From the NCBI GenBank assembly GCA_965645245.1, contig OZ287080.1, positions 930,001 through 994,000 on the forward strand: a stretch of DNA of 64,000 nt. Reading direction: 5' to 3'. The position numbers were made by a program, and so were the translations under genes. This DNA is from Massalongia carnosa (Eukaryota). Shown piece after piece: positions 35,564 through 48,700 of this stretch. The notes below the pieces were generated by a model that did no database searches, was not told the origin of the DNA, and was given only the letters and a program-made list of their open reading frames with translations. Every line of letters starts with the position of its first letter. The first letter of the stretch is position 1.

Positions 35564-37849
35564 TGTGCACGAGTAAGAAGAAGGTTGCGGCGAAATTCCA
35601 AGATGCGACGAAATTTTGCGAAAGATGCAGCGAAATTTCAGGTGCGGCAAAATTTCGCGCCGCTTACCCTAATTGGGAAAGGGAAGGGGGCGGAAACTTT
35701 CCCTTTTGCGGTTACTTTTTCGGGGGTGTGAATGTATCCAAGTAGGGTGTGAAGGTAGCAAAGTAGGGTGTTAAGGTAGCTAATAGGGTGTGCCCGTATC
35801 CGCACCCTAAATATATCCATTTACAATGTCAGGGATGATTTATATTTCAACTAATAGTTTAGATATGTTTTGATTAGGTATTTCGTTCGAAAACCAATCG
35901 AGACATATCTGTTTAGCTGTATACCGATGTAATACTCTAAAGAAAAACAAACTGATCAATAAGTTTTTCGAATCAAATTTTCTTAAGGGTACAATCAATG
36001 ACAGGTTGGTATCCCTGTCTTCCATTAGTGCGGGGGCGGGCCAAGAATAGATTAGGGAGCTTCTCGCTTAGGATAAGAATGATCCATTTCATATCTATAA
36101 ATAACATTGGGACTGTACACTTGACATACCAGGGCACAAGCCTCTCCGCAGGCTCCGGATGATATGTACAAATAACGTGCGATCCGAAAAATCATCTAGG
36201 CATTGTTACCCGTGAAGTGTGTAGAAGGAAGGGGAGCAAATGGAACTAGCAAAATGTTTCAAGGAATCAGAAACTTGCTTGCCTCATCGTTCAACGTACA
36301 GAGTAGAGTACTGCGTAAACGCTTCATGTGCTGTTCTCTGTATTATACCCATAGGTAGTTAGCTATGCAGTACGGAGTACAGATTACAAAGAACAGAGTA
36401 CAAGCATTGGTCAGTACAGTGTACAGGGGTAATGTTACAATTTCAAAGATATCTAGCTACCTTTAGCTTCATGACCCGTAGAGAGCGAGACCCTCATCCT
36501 TTGCTAGTAGTGTGAGGTGAGACATGACCTATTATACAGTAGGAAAGGCAATAGGTACGTTGGGTATTCAAAATATCATTCCATTGGACCCATCCGCGTC
36601 CCATCCGGTGTGATTCCATACACCCCAGTGTTTCCATACACTTCAAATATCATAATGTGTACAGAGTAATTCACCTTCAGCTTAGCGATGGTAATCATGT
36701 CTAATAAGCAGCCACCAACACACCGCTGTTCCTGTTGTAATAAGTTAGATCCGATAGGTATTTCATAATCCAAACTTGAAACCAAAGAATACTACTAATG
36801 CCAATAATTCGATATGTTTCTGTTTGACGTAAGGATTTCAGCCCATAAACACGTTTAAAGTCTGAAGTCGGATTATCCTGAGACTAGTGTCTTGGACATG
36901 CAACGTTCAGAACTCGCCATTAAGTACAGAGCACCTACTCAAAAATGCCTCTCGCTATATAATCCCATTCCGTAATACAGAGTACATACATGTCTTACTT
37001 ACAATAACTTACCATACCCCTCTCCGAACAAAACCTTTGGAGCTTTACCTCAACTTTACGACGCTGCAAGGCTACCTCACTTTGGACCTTGATGTCACGT
37101 CTTAAGGGGGCTATGTCATGATTACTTGACTTGAATGTGCTGCACAGGATTGGACAGAGCTGCTCTGGACTGGCACCATGAATCCCCTCTTCGTCCCCTA
37201 GTACTTTACCACTCCGGGTGGCTTTCCTGACGGGACTTTGGTACTAGGTGCTTTGTGTTCTGTAGTTGTCCCGTTCTTATCAGCCAATCGTGTCGGGACG
37301 TTCCACGCAGATCTCCGTGAGGCTGCTTTCCTCTTATATTGCCTCTGTTGCTATTTTTGACGTCCTATTGACGATATTAGGGTGTCGATGCTTTGATCCG
37401 CTCATGGCCGCGGAGAGGCCTTTCCCCGACCTACGGTTGACAAAAATGGTCCCTTCGCCTGAGCGTTGTTATTAACCATCTTACATACACTCCGTTAAGA
37501 GAGCCTTCGCCCGGATCACATATTATCGGTCGTTATTTTATCCTACACATTACGCTCGTTTCTAGTCTTCCTTCTTTACTTTCGTTGCCAAAAAGCTTAG
37601 GCTTGGAGGTTCCCATCTCGCCTCTTCTGTTTGATTTCTACCTATGTTTTGGCTTTTCCGTAATACTTACCTCAAGTCATAGCCGTTTTCGTGCTGTACA
37701 CAACCCTAGCTCCGAAATCTAGCAGAGAGCATTTCGCCCAAGTTGCTCTACATTTCCTATCCCAAGCGGCTTTAAGCGACAATCCTGATTAAGGGTGTAA
37801 ACTGCAATCGATTATAGAGGCGATTCTAAGAGTCTGGCTCTCGAAAGAC

Positions 37850-39831
37850 ATGGCTGGCCCAGGTGGGGGTCCTCCACGAAAAAGTCATACGAAATCGCGC
37901 AAGGGCTGTAAGACATGCAAAAGACGGCATATTCGCTGTGACGAGAACTTTCCTCAGTGGTACGTTACCAATATGAGAAAAGCTACTCGCGTTGTTCTTC
38001 CTTAACCAATACTAACTCTTATATTAGCCGGAACTGTACTAAGCACAACTGTAAATGCGATTACATGGATAGTTTTATTCGACCAGAAGAAGCCACTAAA
38101 AGTTCTCAAGGGCCGAACCTACTCTGGACAGCTAAGATCGAACGTGAGGTAGAGCAATGGCAACGTACTGGGGTTTTCCCATTCTTCGACCTAAATCTGG
38201 AAGTATCTAGTCATTTTAATGGCCTGTCTTTGGTAGACTTACGTTTGATCCACCACTTATCAAGCATCTACGAAGATATGCAACGCAAAGACTTCATTCG
38301 TTGTACCTTATGGGTAGAAGAAATTCCCAGGTGAGGATTTAAGTGGTTAAACCACCGTAGCCATTCAAAGGCTAAATTATTCGTACCAGTTTTCTTAATG
38401 CTTCTGTTGGCTATGATTTCGTCATGAGCTCTATACTGTCGTTTTCAGCCACCCACCTTGCCTGGACGACTAAGTCAGTTGAGACGAAAAACCTTGCTTA
38501 TTACCATCGAGGAGTAGCTCTTAAAGGCTTGCATGGAGCGATTGGAAACTTCTCAAGAGAAAACTCCGATCCCATCTTGGCAGCGTCGATTTTGTTGTCT
38601 TGGCAGGCATCGGATTGGTAAGAATCGGTGCTGAAAACTGGGAGCTGGACTGACTGGCTCTTTGCAGGGGAGGCTGGACGTCGTTGATGCGCGGGATCTC
38701 TACGGTAGGGCTCTCCTTATCATCGTCAGAAATCTTCTGATTGTCTATTAGGTTATTTCCTCCATGAGTCAATGGAAAGAGCAGTCGAAGTTTTTCCTTT
38801 ACGTCGAAGATCACCCGGAATTCTTTTCAAGAATATCTTCGCACCCGCCGTCGCTTTCCTTTGATGACGAATCCCTCCTTCTAGCCACGGATGCGTTGGA
38901 GAGGCTTTCAGATAGGCTTATGAAAACACATCCTCTTTCTCGGCGATTGAAAGAAATATTGGACTTCACCAAGGAAATTCAATCCTGTAGTGCTACCATG
39001 CAAAGTGACCAACTCTTTGGAAAACTGCAACCTCTACGTGCGTGGCTATTCTGGATGCCTGTTACCCTTATTCAAGCCGAAGATATCGATAACTCGGAGA
39101 TGATTTTGTTGGCTCAGCTGTACACAATTGCTCTCGCGATTGATTCTTCAATACCCGAGCTTGGTGGAGCGGCCCTTGGATCTCTCACAGTTGATCCAAT
39201 TCGTCAAATCGACAGCAAACTTAGGTATAGCCAGATCTCCCTAAGCTCGGATACATCGGATTCGGATCAAATGATGCAATTCTCTCGCCTCATGATTGCC
39301 AGATGCTGCCTTGAGAATACGTCAAACCACGATGCACTATCAGCACATATTCTTGGCCCACATAGCCCGTATGGTTTTCAGCATCTCTCTATCGGATCCC
39401 AACCTAGCACGCCTGGGTTTGCCCCCGGGACCCCTGCTGGATTTTCTCCAGGTACTCCAGGATTCTCTGGTCCGTTCTCGACGATGCTAAATCCAAGCCT
39501 AGAAGATCTAAGTATCCCAGCATCTCCATTCCTTCGTTATGCGAGCCCCAAGTCTCGACCAAGCTCCCAACTTCTAGATATATCCCCGAGACTGAGCGAG
39601 GCTTCTTTCGAGAATGGATCCGTCTCTGCTTATAGCTTCAAAGGGGAATCTCCTGCATATTCTCCCCGACTTGCTGAGGATGAGCAGCTCCTGGTGTTTG
39701 GAGGGCATTCGCCGGGCTATACGGGAGGGTTAGTATCTCTACTCCATAACTGATGTAGGCTCTGACCAAAAACTAGAGATTTTCAATACGATGATTTCTC
39801 GGAGAGAGGCAAGAAACGAAGAACCACTTGA
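37850..39831 (+). CDS. Zn(II)2Cys6 transcription factor (Upc2-like C6 domain), multi-exon; last exon tentative
   Basis: MAGPGGGPPRKSHTKSRKGCKTCKRRHIRCDENFPQC|RNCTKHNCKCDY across intron; ILSFSATHLAW; GT-AG introns with CTAAC/CTGAC branch sites. Confidence 0.88.
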
Positions 39832-40251
39832 ACGGTCGGGTCTTTCTTTAACAAAGATAATTTTGAATTACAGATTTCTTGACCTGCCAAAAATAATCTT
39901 AATGGGCAGTACAAGATGATACGATTTCTACGAAGTAACGACGGGACTGATGGGCTTTTGCATAAGACATATGATATGATTGCTTTGCTGATCCATGCCA
40001 GCGGAGTGATAATATGAGCGTGGGTTTGAGGTTGCCACAATATTATCACCCTATTAGGTCTGTATTCATTCGTCCACTAAACTTAGTAGGTAGAGTTAGT
40101 TAATTAGCTTTGTAATCACAACTGGGTCACGGCAACAATATTAAAGACAATCAAATCGCTTTCTTAGAATCATCGGTACGTTTCTGTTCTTTGTATATTC
40201 AAGATATGTAGGCACATTTGAAAAATGTATTTACAGATGAGGGGAGGGGCG

Positions 40252-41574
40252 CACGCGGGTGACAAAATAAATTGCAACGTGTAAGCGAATTTACCCCCCC
40301 TTTTTTATTCAAATTTTCATCTCATCATCAACCATCATCTGCATAGCTGATAAAATTCATCTAAATTACATGAGATCAATAACCAGTCATCGCCCCCTTT
40401 GCATCTTTCACCTCTTTCAATCTTTTGGGCATGGATAACACCCTTTCATTGATAAATTCCTGACTGACTCGAGCCCATCCCTCCCTAATCAGCTGCTCCA
40501 AACTTGCATCGTCCCAATGAGGAAATTTACGAACATGCTGCTTTGCGGGCTGCCAGCAATTTTCAATGGGAGCTAGATCAGGAGATGAAGAACAATTGAA
40601 ATAGTGCTCTAATCGTGATCTAACTTCCACTTTTTGACTGCGTTTCGTCTCTTGCCCGTGCCATGACCAGAGTCTCCATCTTCTTCAAGTACGAAGTCAT
40701 CTCCACGCTCCAACCAGGGCTTGACGACGGGATCAAGAATAGCGTCAATATACACCTGATGAGTCATTTTTCCATTGCTATTGCTGGGCACATCGTAGAA
40801 GTAGATATCCGACTTGAAATTGTAACCAACTGCTGCCCAGCAGTGCTTTCTTTTACGATCTTTCTCAGGTGGTGCATCACGATGCTGAATACAATCCCAA
40901 CGATATCTTGTTCCGGGCTTACGAATGATTCGTAACTGTCCTTCAGGCCCGTAGCCAAAATGAATCTCATCGCTGAATCGTACGCGATGCCAGTCTTCGG
41001 ACCGAGGATATTTATTTAACATAACTGTAGCAAATTCTTCTCTTCTTTCTTCTGATGCCATTGCCAGCCACCCTTTGACACAGGCTAGACATTTGTGATA
41101 ATTCAAGGCAGCTGTAAGAGTTCTCTTCATTGTACGTCCCATCACGTCGGCCCCAATCTCCTGTGCTAAAGCATCCCATGTGTAGCGTTTTCCTTCCAAT
41201 TGTAGATCTTGATCCTGCAGAATGTGATCTGCCTCCTTCAGCTGATCATCACTAATCTTTCGCTTTCGACCCCGAGTCTCAACGAGAGAAGAATTGTGAC
41301 GTGTGCGAGAAGAAGCTCCGCTTTTGATGATGTTATAGCCCGCGCGCTCGGCCACGCCAAATTCCTGAAAAATGGCCCGGGGATCGAATGGAATTGCATG
41401 TGAGATGAGAAATTGATAAGCTCCTTGAACTTTGGCCTTTGTGGGAGTATCATAATGAGGCTTTTTGGGTCGAGACATTGATGATGAGATAAAAAGTTGA
41501 AAAAAAGGGTGTTTTGATGGGGCATTCAGGGGTAAATTCGCTTACACGTTGCAATTTATTTTGTCACCCGCGTG
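40252..41574 (-). mobile_element. Tc1-like (DD38E) DNA transposon, 1323 bp, frameshifted transposase
   Basis: Perfect 46-bp TIRs; RVRFSDE, LEEDGDSGHG, SPDLAPIENCW; ORFs 40609-41478 and 40376-40630 joined by a 1-nt frameshift; flanks GGGCG/GGGCG. Confidence 0.92.
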
Positions 41575-41656
41575 GGGCGTTACTTAATCAAGTTTCTTAA
41601 CATCTAATCATGTACAATAAAAAACCGCGCTACTGCATCTGAATAAACTACAAAGA

Positions 41657-42775
41657 ATGTCGGGAGGTTGGAACACCATCGAGTCGGACGCTGTGAGGGG
41701 CTTCTTTCAGGGACATACTTCTCATGCTGACTGCGAAAAGGGTGTCTTTAGTCATCTTGTTGCTCAACTGGGCGTGAAAGACGTCCAATTTGAAGAACTT
41801 GTTGCACTTGACGCCAACTATCTTGCAGCCCTGCGGTTTGTGATATCCATTGATTGTCGCGTGGCATGACTGAGACTCTTTGCTCTGGATAGTCCAGTCT
41901 ACGGAGTAATTTTTCTGTTTAAATATCCCACAGGAGAAAGCCAATCGACTAAGACCCCGGCGGATGGTACCTTTGATCTTGATGGCGCACAAACCCTCTT
42001 TTTTGCTGCGCAAACCATTCAGAATGCATGTGGCACTCAAGCCTTACTTTCGGTCTTGTTGAATCAGGAGGCGCACCTAGATATTGGACCGGATCTCAAA
42101 GCGTTCAAGGATTTCACCGGAGCTTTTCCATCAGACGTACCTTACACTTTCTAGCCATTATATCCTCACAATAGACGGACGCTGATTTGAGGAGCGTAGC
42201 TGCGAGGAGAAGCGCTGTCAAACTCGGAGGTCATCCGGGACGTTCATAACTCATTTGCCCGGTCGTCCCCTTTTATCAACGAAGCACAGCAGGTCGCCTC
42301 TAAAGAAGATGACGTCTTCCATTTCATTGCATACTCTTCGATCAATGACATACTCTACGAGCTAGATGGCCTACAGCCAGCCCCCATTTCACATGGCAGC
42401 TGCGCCTTTGATGAGTTTCCAACCAAAGTTATACCCGTTCTTCAGCGCCGGATTGAGAGGTATCCTGCGCAAGAAATTCGATTCAACCTACTAGCTATGG
42501 TGCGCGACCTAAGGCTCCGGGCTCGGGAGATCGGAGATCAAGAGTGGTTGAATCGAGAAGAACGGAAGCGGAAGGGATGGCAATGGGAAAACACGCTCAG
42601 AAAACATAACTTTGTTGGCTTCACGGGCGAATTGTTGAAAGGAGTGGTACGAGCTAAATTACAGGGTGATAGAGGCGCATACGCAGTTTGGGTTGAAGAT
42701 GCCATAACCAAGACTCAGGAACGAATGGAGCACGAAGGCCGTGTAGAGGGAGCTGGTAAAAATGTTAAGCCATGA
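41657..42775 (+). CDS. Ubiquitin C-terminal hydrolase, UCH37/UCHL5-type, multi-exon
   Basis: MSGGWNTIESDA|GVF, AAQTIQNACGTQA, FHFIAY, LYELDGLQPAP, IRFNLLAM, ENTLRKHNF. Confidence 0.9.
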
Positions 42776-43421
42776 AAGGTGTGGATGGGTTAAATGTGGT
42801 ACACCGATTGAGAGTTAAGATATAGGTGGTACCTCCCTTGAGCCTATATCCTGGATAAAATACCTTCTCTGGATAGAGCAGCAAATCGTCATTGACATCA
42901 ATATAAACAATGTCTATTGAACTGTTTCGAAGAGCTTGAAATTTATCTATACCTAATCAATAAATACAAAGTAAATACTCCGTATTATTAACCGGAAAGT
43001 TTTTGACCTTTTACACATTACTTTTATTTTTCAAACGTGACAACTTTACTGATTGTACAGGGTCAATAATTAGTACAGAGTAAGGAGTGGTCAAATTCTC
43101 CTAAGTTGACTTTTGTGAGTTATGTATGATTTTTCTCCAAATATGGAATCCGATTTGAAAAGTCTGTACCAAGTAACTTACTCCATAAGTAGTTATAAAA
43201 ATATAATACTAATGTCAAGGATGTATGATTGCGTACATGAAACTAAACCGCATGAACGTAATTTATTCAACGCAGTTGCAAGCAAGCCCCGCCACCTTGC
43301 CAGCGGTCGCATTCATGTTATCGCTTCTGTTCACGAATATAATGAACGGGTATCAAGGAGTAGTCATACACCAGTCTCTAATCTAGAGCTCTTCAAGCTG
43401 AAAGCAACCCGGAAGCCATTG

Positions 43422-45092
43422 ATGCTGATGGGAGCAAAGAAGGTGATGATGAGAGGCGATATCACGAATTCCTTCACCACCTTATCCACTTCGTATGCTC
43501 TTCACCTGTCCCCTACACCCGTACCAACCGACAATCTATCTCCTTGGCTGCAAGCACCCCATGAAGGCACGAATATTGTCATCCATATAACTCGCAATAA
43601 TGGTTCAATCGGAAAAGGAATACTCATAGGAGTACTTTCCGCCTTCGGATCTGCAGCCTTTGTCGTGGTCATCTTCGCTATTTTTTATTTTTTCCGACAC
43701 ACAAGCCGAGGAAGAATATTCCTTGATCGTATCGGGAGGCCAGGCGAATATGACGACGAGCAGGCATTGGCAAGAGAGGAGGCCGAGGCCTTGGAGAGCA
43801 TGGACGACCTTCATCGGCTCGAATACTTAAGAGCAAAAGGTTCGAGAAAGCTCTGTCTTCATCACATCCATCACAGTATGCTTTTTTGATTGCTGACATT
43901 TTCACTTATAATAGCCTTTATTCAAGCTAATCCGCCAGAGACAATGCAGACAGACATCTCGCTTTCACAATTTCTTGCCATACAAGAAAAAGGCGTCTCC
44001 GCTTGGGAATTTGAGCCTGAACTTGAGATTGCCAACTGCTTCGTTGAGGCACGAACGGAGATAGAGTTTTTCGATTCTGAATGTAGCGTACAGAGCAACT
44101 TACCTATTCCCAAGCAGAACGAGGTGTATTATTGGGAAGCTAAAATTTATGATAAACCGGAATCCGCTTCAATCAGCATTGGAGTCTCAACAAAGCCCTA
44201 TCCACTTTTTAGGCTTCCAGGTAAGAACGTCCATATGTGCTCAAGCAATGGCTAATCGGTTACATTAGGATGGCACAAATGCTCTATAGCATACACTTCC
44301 AACGGATTCAGACGCTACAATCAGCCATTTACCGCTACAAGCTATGGGCCAGAATATGTACAAGGTGATGTCATCGGAGTTGGTTATCGACCTCGTACTG
44401 GGACGGTGTTCTTTACACGTAATGGAAAAAGGCTTGATGATGTCGTGTACGGTCTTAAAACTCAAAACTTTTTTCCAACTATCGGCGCGAATGGGCCCTG
44501 CACAGTTCACGTCAATTTTGGCCAGAGCGGTTTTGTTTTCATTGAAGCAAACGTCAAAAAATGGGGTTTGGCTCCCATTACCGGCAGTCTGGCGCCGCCT
44601 CCACCTTATGGCAGCGAGCAGGATAGTATTTTGCTTGAGGCTGGAAGGGACAGCAATTATGCAAATCATAGCAGATCCGGTGCTTTGGGACACTCCAGAT
44701 CCCGAAGCAGAAATCCAAGGCTGGGTCCGCCAGGAAGTCCAGGCCCGATCCGATCACCAACGGACATTTCGCTGGCACAGCTTGCTCATATTCCTTCGCA
44801 TGACGATATTGGGGAAGGTAACAGTAGCGATATGGAGACAATGGCTAGAGCATCATCTTTATCTGCTCATGACCAGCAATATCCCGACTTCGGCCGGCAA
44901 GATTACTCAGCACCTCCTCCTGAGTACACAAGCCCTGAGATATCTGACACCGCTAGCACGTCTAGTAGCCAGGACGATGATACTGAGGCGAGGCCTCTGG
45001 TTCAATCCACATCGCCGAGGCCACCGATACCTAGCTATGATGTGGCTGTTGCCAATGACTCGCGAATGAACATTGAGGATATTGCACCTTGA
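43422..45092 (+). CDS. Single-pass SPRY-domain Rsp5 adaptor (Ssh4/Ear1-like), 3 exons; start uncertain
   Basis: TM segment, IQEKGVSAWEFEP, SNLPIPKQNEVYYWE, KPYPLFRLPG, FIEANVKKWGLAP, PPxY motifs. Confidence 0.85.
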
Positions 45093-45880
45093 TGCTGTTA
45101 ACGATTTTGATGCGGTGATGTGAATTATTGGTCAAGAGACTGGGTCGAGCCTGAAACCTCATGCATTGGGAAGAGCGTGAAGGCGCAAGAGAAAATCAGC
45201 GTGAAAGGTTGATGAGACTTAGTGGACCTATTCTCGCAGGCAAATAGTGGCAATATTGGGTCTTTTCTATGTACTATTACATCTATCATATAAGCGAACA
45301 TATCCTCTATTCATAGTTTTAAATTTATTTTCCTACTGTGAATTTTTGCCGATGTTCTGCAAGGGGGTGGGGAAGCTGTAGTTCACTCTGCAGAACCATT
45401 CATACCACAAGTATGCACTACTTCACGCCCTGCCCACCTATCGCATTCCTGATGGCAGAGTCAACAGAATATTCATTAGAGGAATCTCTACTTAAACCGA
45501 CGAAAATCTTTCAGGAAAGAAGCGCAACTCAACCATTTTGCCGGGCCGTTTGTCGTACAAAGCTATCTGTTTTCATTTCCATGCCACGGTTCTCCTGGGT
45601 ACTTGCAGCGCGTCAGGCCAGCACCCGTTAATAATGAGCCCAACGCCGGCAACCCTACCAGGACAGCCGGTGCACATTCTGTAGCAGTACTGGTATGCCT
45701 ACGCATCATTCTAGGGCTCGAAGATTGATGCTAACGGTTGGGTTATGATAAACCCGGAGCCAGGTGGAAGAGTACGTGCTGTTTGCTGAGCGTTAGAGGC
45801 GTGTGGAACCAACTGTTTCTTGCTGCTGTTGAGCGGACGGTCTTTAGTGCAAAGTCAGGACAAACAGCAGGTGACATTCA

Positions 45881-47846
45881 ATGCGAAGTGCTGGAGCTGG
45901 AGCAGCAAATGCTGGGGGTACACTATTGCAACCACCGGCATTTCACATTATAGTCTTGGTAAGTGTCTTATACGTATCGCGTGCGCAAGCTATGGACTGT
46001 TTGATGCAGCCCAAGCTTGCCTTTGTCTTTTGGGGAAGATCGAATCAGGAGGGATGATCGGAAACTTGATCGGTGTCTCGGGATTTTTCTGCACTGCCCC
46101 CTAGGATGCAACTTTCGCCTGCATACTCACGGCATCTGGCTTTGTTTGTGGGCGATGTCTAAGTTTGATACTTGATTTCCACCTCGCACAATTGACTGAC
46201 GATTTACAAAGGGCGCAGGAGGTGGACCCAATGAAGACAATGTCATGGGACTTCTGGTGAGGTCATCCGCAACGCGCTGGGCGAAAGATTCTGTGCTTGC
46301 GGTGGATGCTGGAATACATCTGGCAGCCATTATTAGGATATTTGAGGAGCACCTTCCGAATGCAACATCTCGAGGCGATTTGCAAAGCGCCGACCAGCTG
46401 CGAGCTAAGACATCAGCGGCTAGCCTCCGTAACGATATAGATTCTCTGATCAGCCCCTCTACCTCGTTATGGCCTCCAGGATCTCGAGTTTCCTCTATGC
46501 CAGAACCAATAACCGGAGAATTTTCGTCCCTATCACCAACTGAACCTGGGAACCCTACGAGAGTCCTGGCGAGTGGGCCTTTCGCAAATCTTGAGTTTCC
46601 TCACGATTCTGCAAAGGCGAATGGGGCATACGTGCTTCGAAACCTGATTTCAACCTATCTAATAACCCATCCTCATTTAGACCATATATCAGGATTTGCT
46701 GTCAACACAGCATCACTCAAATCGACATCACATCCAAAACGCTTAGCAGCACTACCTACGGCTGTCGACGCTATCAAAACCCATATATTCAACAATGTCA
46801 TTTGGCCGAATTTATCAGATGAGGATGGGGGTGTTGGTCTGGTTACTTTCCTTCGTTTAACAGACAGTGGAAACCCTACGCTAAAGGATGCAAACAAGAG
46901 CGACTATGTTGAACTTTGCGAAGGACTATCTGTTAGTTGCTGGAGTGTTAGCCATGGTCAACATAAAACCAGGCATGTTCCAAATGGAAGTAGTGAAGGA
47001 GCAAATAAACCCGAGGGATTGAAGCCCTCATCCCGGAGAGCATTGCGAACAACATCATCAATAGAAGCAGAGCATTCACACAGACTCGACCACATCCATC
47101 ACGGCGCTGAAATGTGTGTCTACGACAGTACGGCTTTCTTCATTCGTGACCATCATACGAGCAAGGAGGTTTTGATATTCGGCGACGTTGAGCCTGATTC
47201 CATCTCTCTTTCCCCAAGGACCGCTCGGGTTTGGAGCGAAGCTGCACCTAAAATCCTCCTTGGGACACTCACTGGTATTCTTATTGAATGTTCCTATGAC
47301 GACTCTCAGCGGGACGAGATGCTCTATGGGCATCTCTGTCCTCGCCATCTTATAGTAGAGCTTCAAGTATTAGGGGAAATGGTAACGTCGTTGAAACGCA
47401 AGAACAATCCGGTGCCTAAGCGCAAGCGTAAGCGAGCAGATATTGGTGCAAAGATACGCGGGGACCCCGAAAGCTGCGAACATGATCCCAAGCGACCTCT
47501 GCGGAATGTCATTCGCGCAGGCGGCGGTTCGATCACTCGTGCAATCATGCAACCTCCGTCAGTTGCTGACTCGAAGACAAAAGCATCAGGTTTTGATGAA
47601 GACAGCACCGACACTCAAGACCAATCTCTTCCTACTCAGCAAGGTCACGCTCAGCCACCCAACCCTTTAGACGTAACAAGACCCCTGGAAGGATTGCAGA
47701 TTGTCATAATACACATCAAGGACACGTTGGAGGACGGGCCCGAAATCGGCGACACCATCCTAGCGCAGCTGCAGGAGCTTGAGACGACGGCGCAGCTGGG
47801 CTGTGTTTTTGCTATATCCAAGCCTGGAACTTCCATCTGGCTCTAA
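45881..47846 (+). CDS. PDE1: Class II (low-affinity) cAMP phosphodiesterase
   Basis: Exon 1 45881-45958 (..AFHIIVL), intron to 46211, GAGGGPNEDN, VDAG, ITHPHLDH, IFNNVIWPNL, FGDVEPD, IECSY, GHLCP, IIHIK. Confidence 0.87.
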
Positions 47847-48700
47847 GTTTACTCTTAGGGTGTCTTGCAAGTAGGGGAGAGTACGCAGCATGTGATTGGT
47901 AATTGTAGTAGTGACGCTTAAGATTTTCCGTTTCTTGGGGGGAGCGGGTTGCATTTCCAGATAATAACATTCCCGCGTTCCCTCACCTTGGGTTTCCCAT
48001 ACCCATAATTTGCTCGCGCTGTGGTTGGAGCAAAGCTTTCAAGGACTACTACGCCAGGGATGGGGCGGCGGCCGCTGAACGCTAAATGCTCCAAGTTTGT
48101 GTGCTCCGCTGGATCGCCAGGATTCACTTGATATGTTCCAATGGAAGCAGGGTTCTGTTTCAGAAGGGGTTGAAAAGGGGGGGGGTCTATGGGCGTTGTG
48201 CTTCTTGTTCATTATGCTGGAGGGGTTAAGATGATGTGTTGGTCTGGGTTGGTTGGTTGGCTATAGGTGCTGATACATATTGTTCTCGGGCCTGCTAGAT
48301 AGAGATTCGAGCAGCAGCAGCAGTAGGAGCGCAAGCGGCTCCATAACTAGCTCTTCAAGAAGCGTGCGTTTTTAAAATTAAAACAAGGAATACTCTGCAC
48401 GTCGAAGTGCGCTGCAAGCTCTGTCTAGATGTTGGAAGTTTCTGTTGTAGCCAGCGGCACTGAGCTATCATGTTTTAGTGAGTTACTTACCTACTTGCGT
48501 TACGCGTCACGTTCGCTTCTTATGATTTGTATTCATTCATTCACCACATCCAGCGTGTCAGATTCATCGATAGGAATGTATGAAATAAACAAACAGCCGC
48601 AATGCTCGCATCGAGGCCCTCCGCCACTCGAGGATAAACTAAATCTCGCTCGTCTCATTCATCCATGCATTCCCACGCCATGCCGTTTGTCCCGTTTCCC

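Larger units (their letters stand above)
32984..35807 (-). mobile_element. Mutator-like (MULE) DNA transposon, 2824 bp
   Basis: ~165-bp imperfect TIRs with internal ACACCCTA repeats; TSD TAAATATA at 32976-32983 and 35808-35815. Confidence 0.92.
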
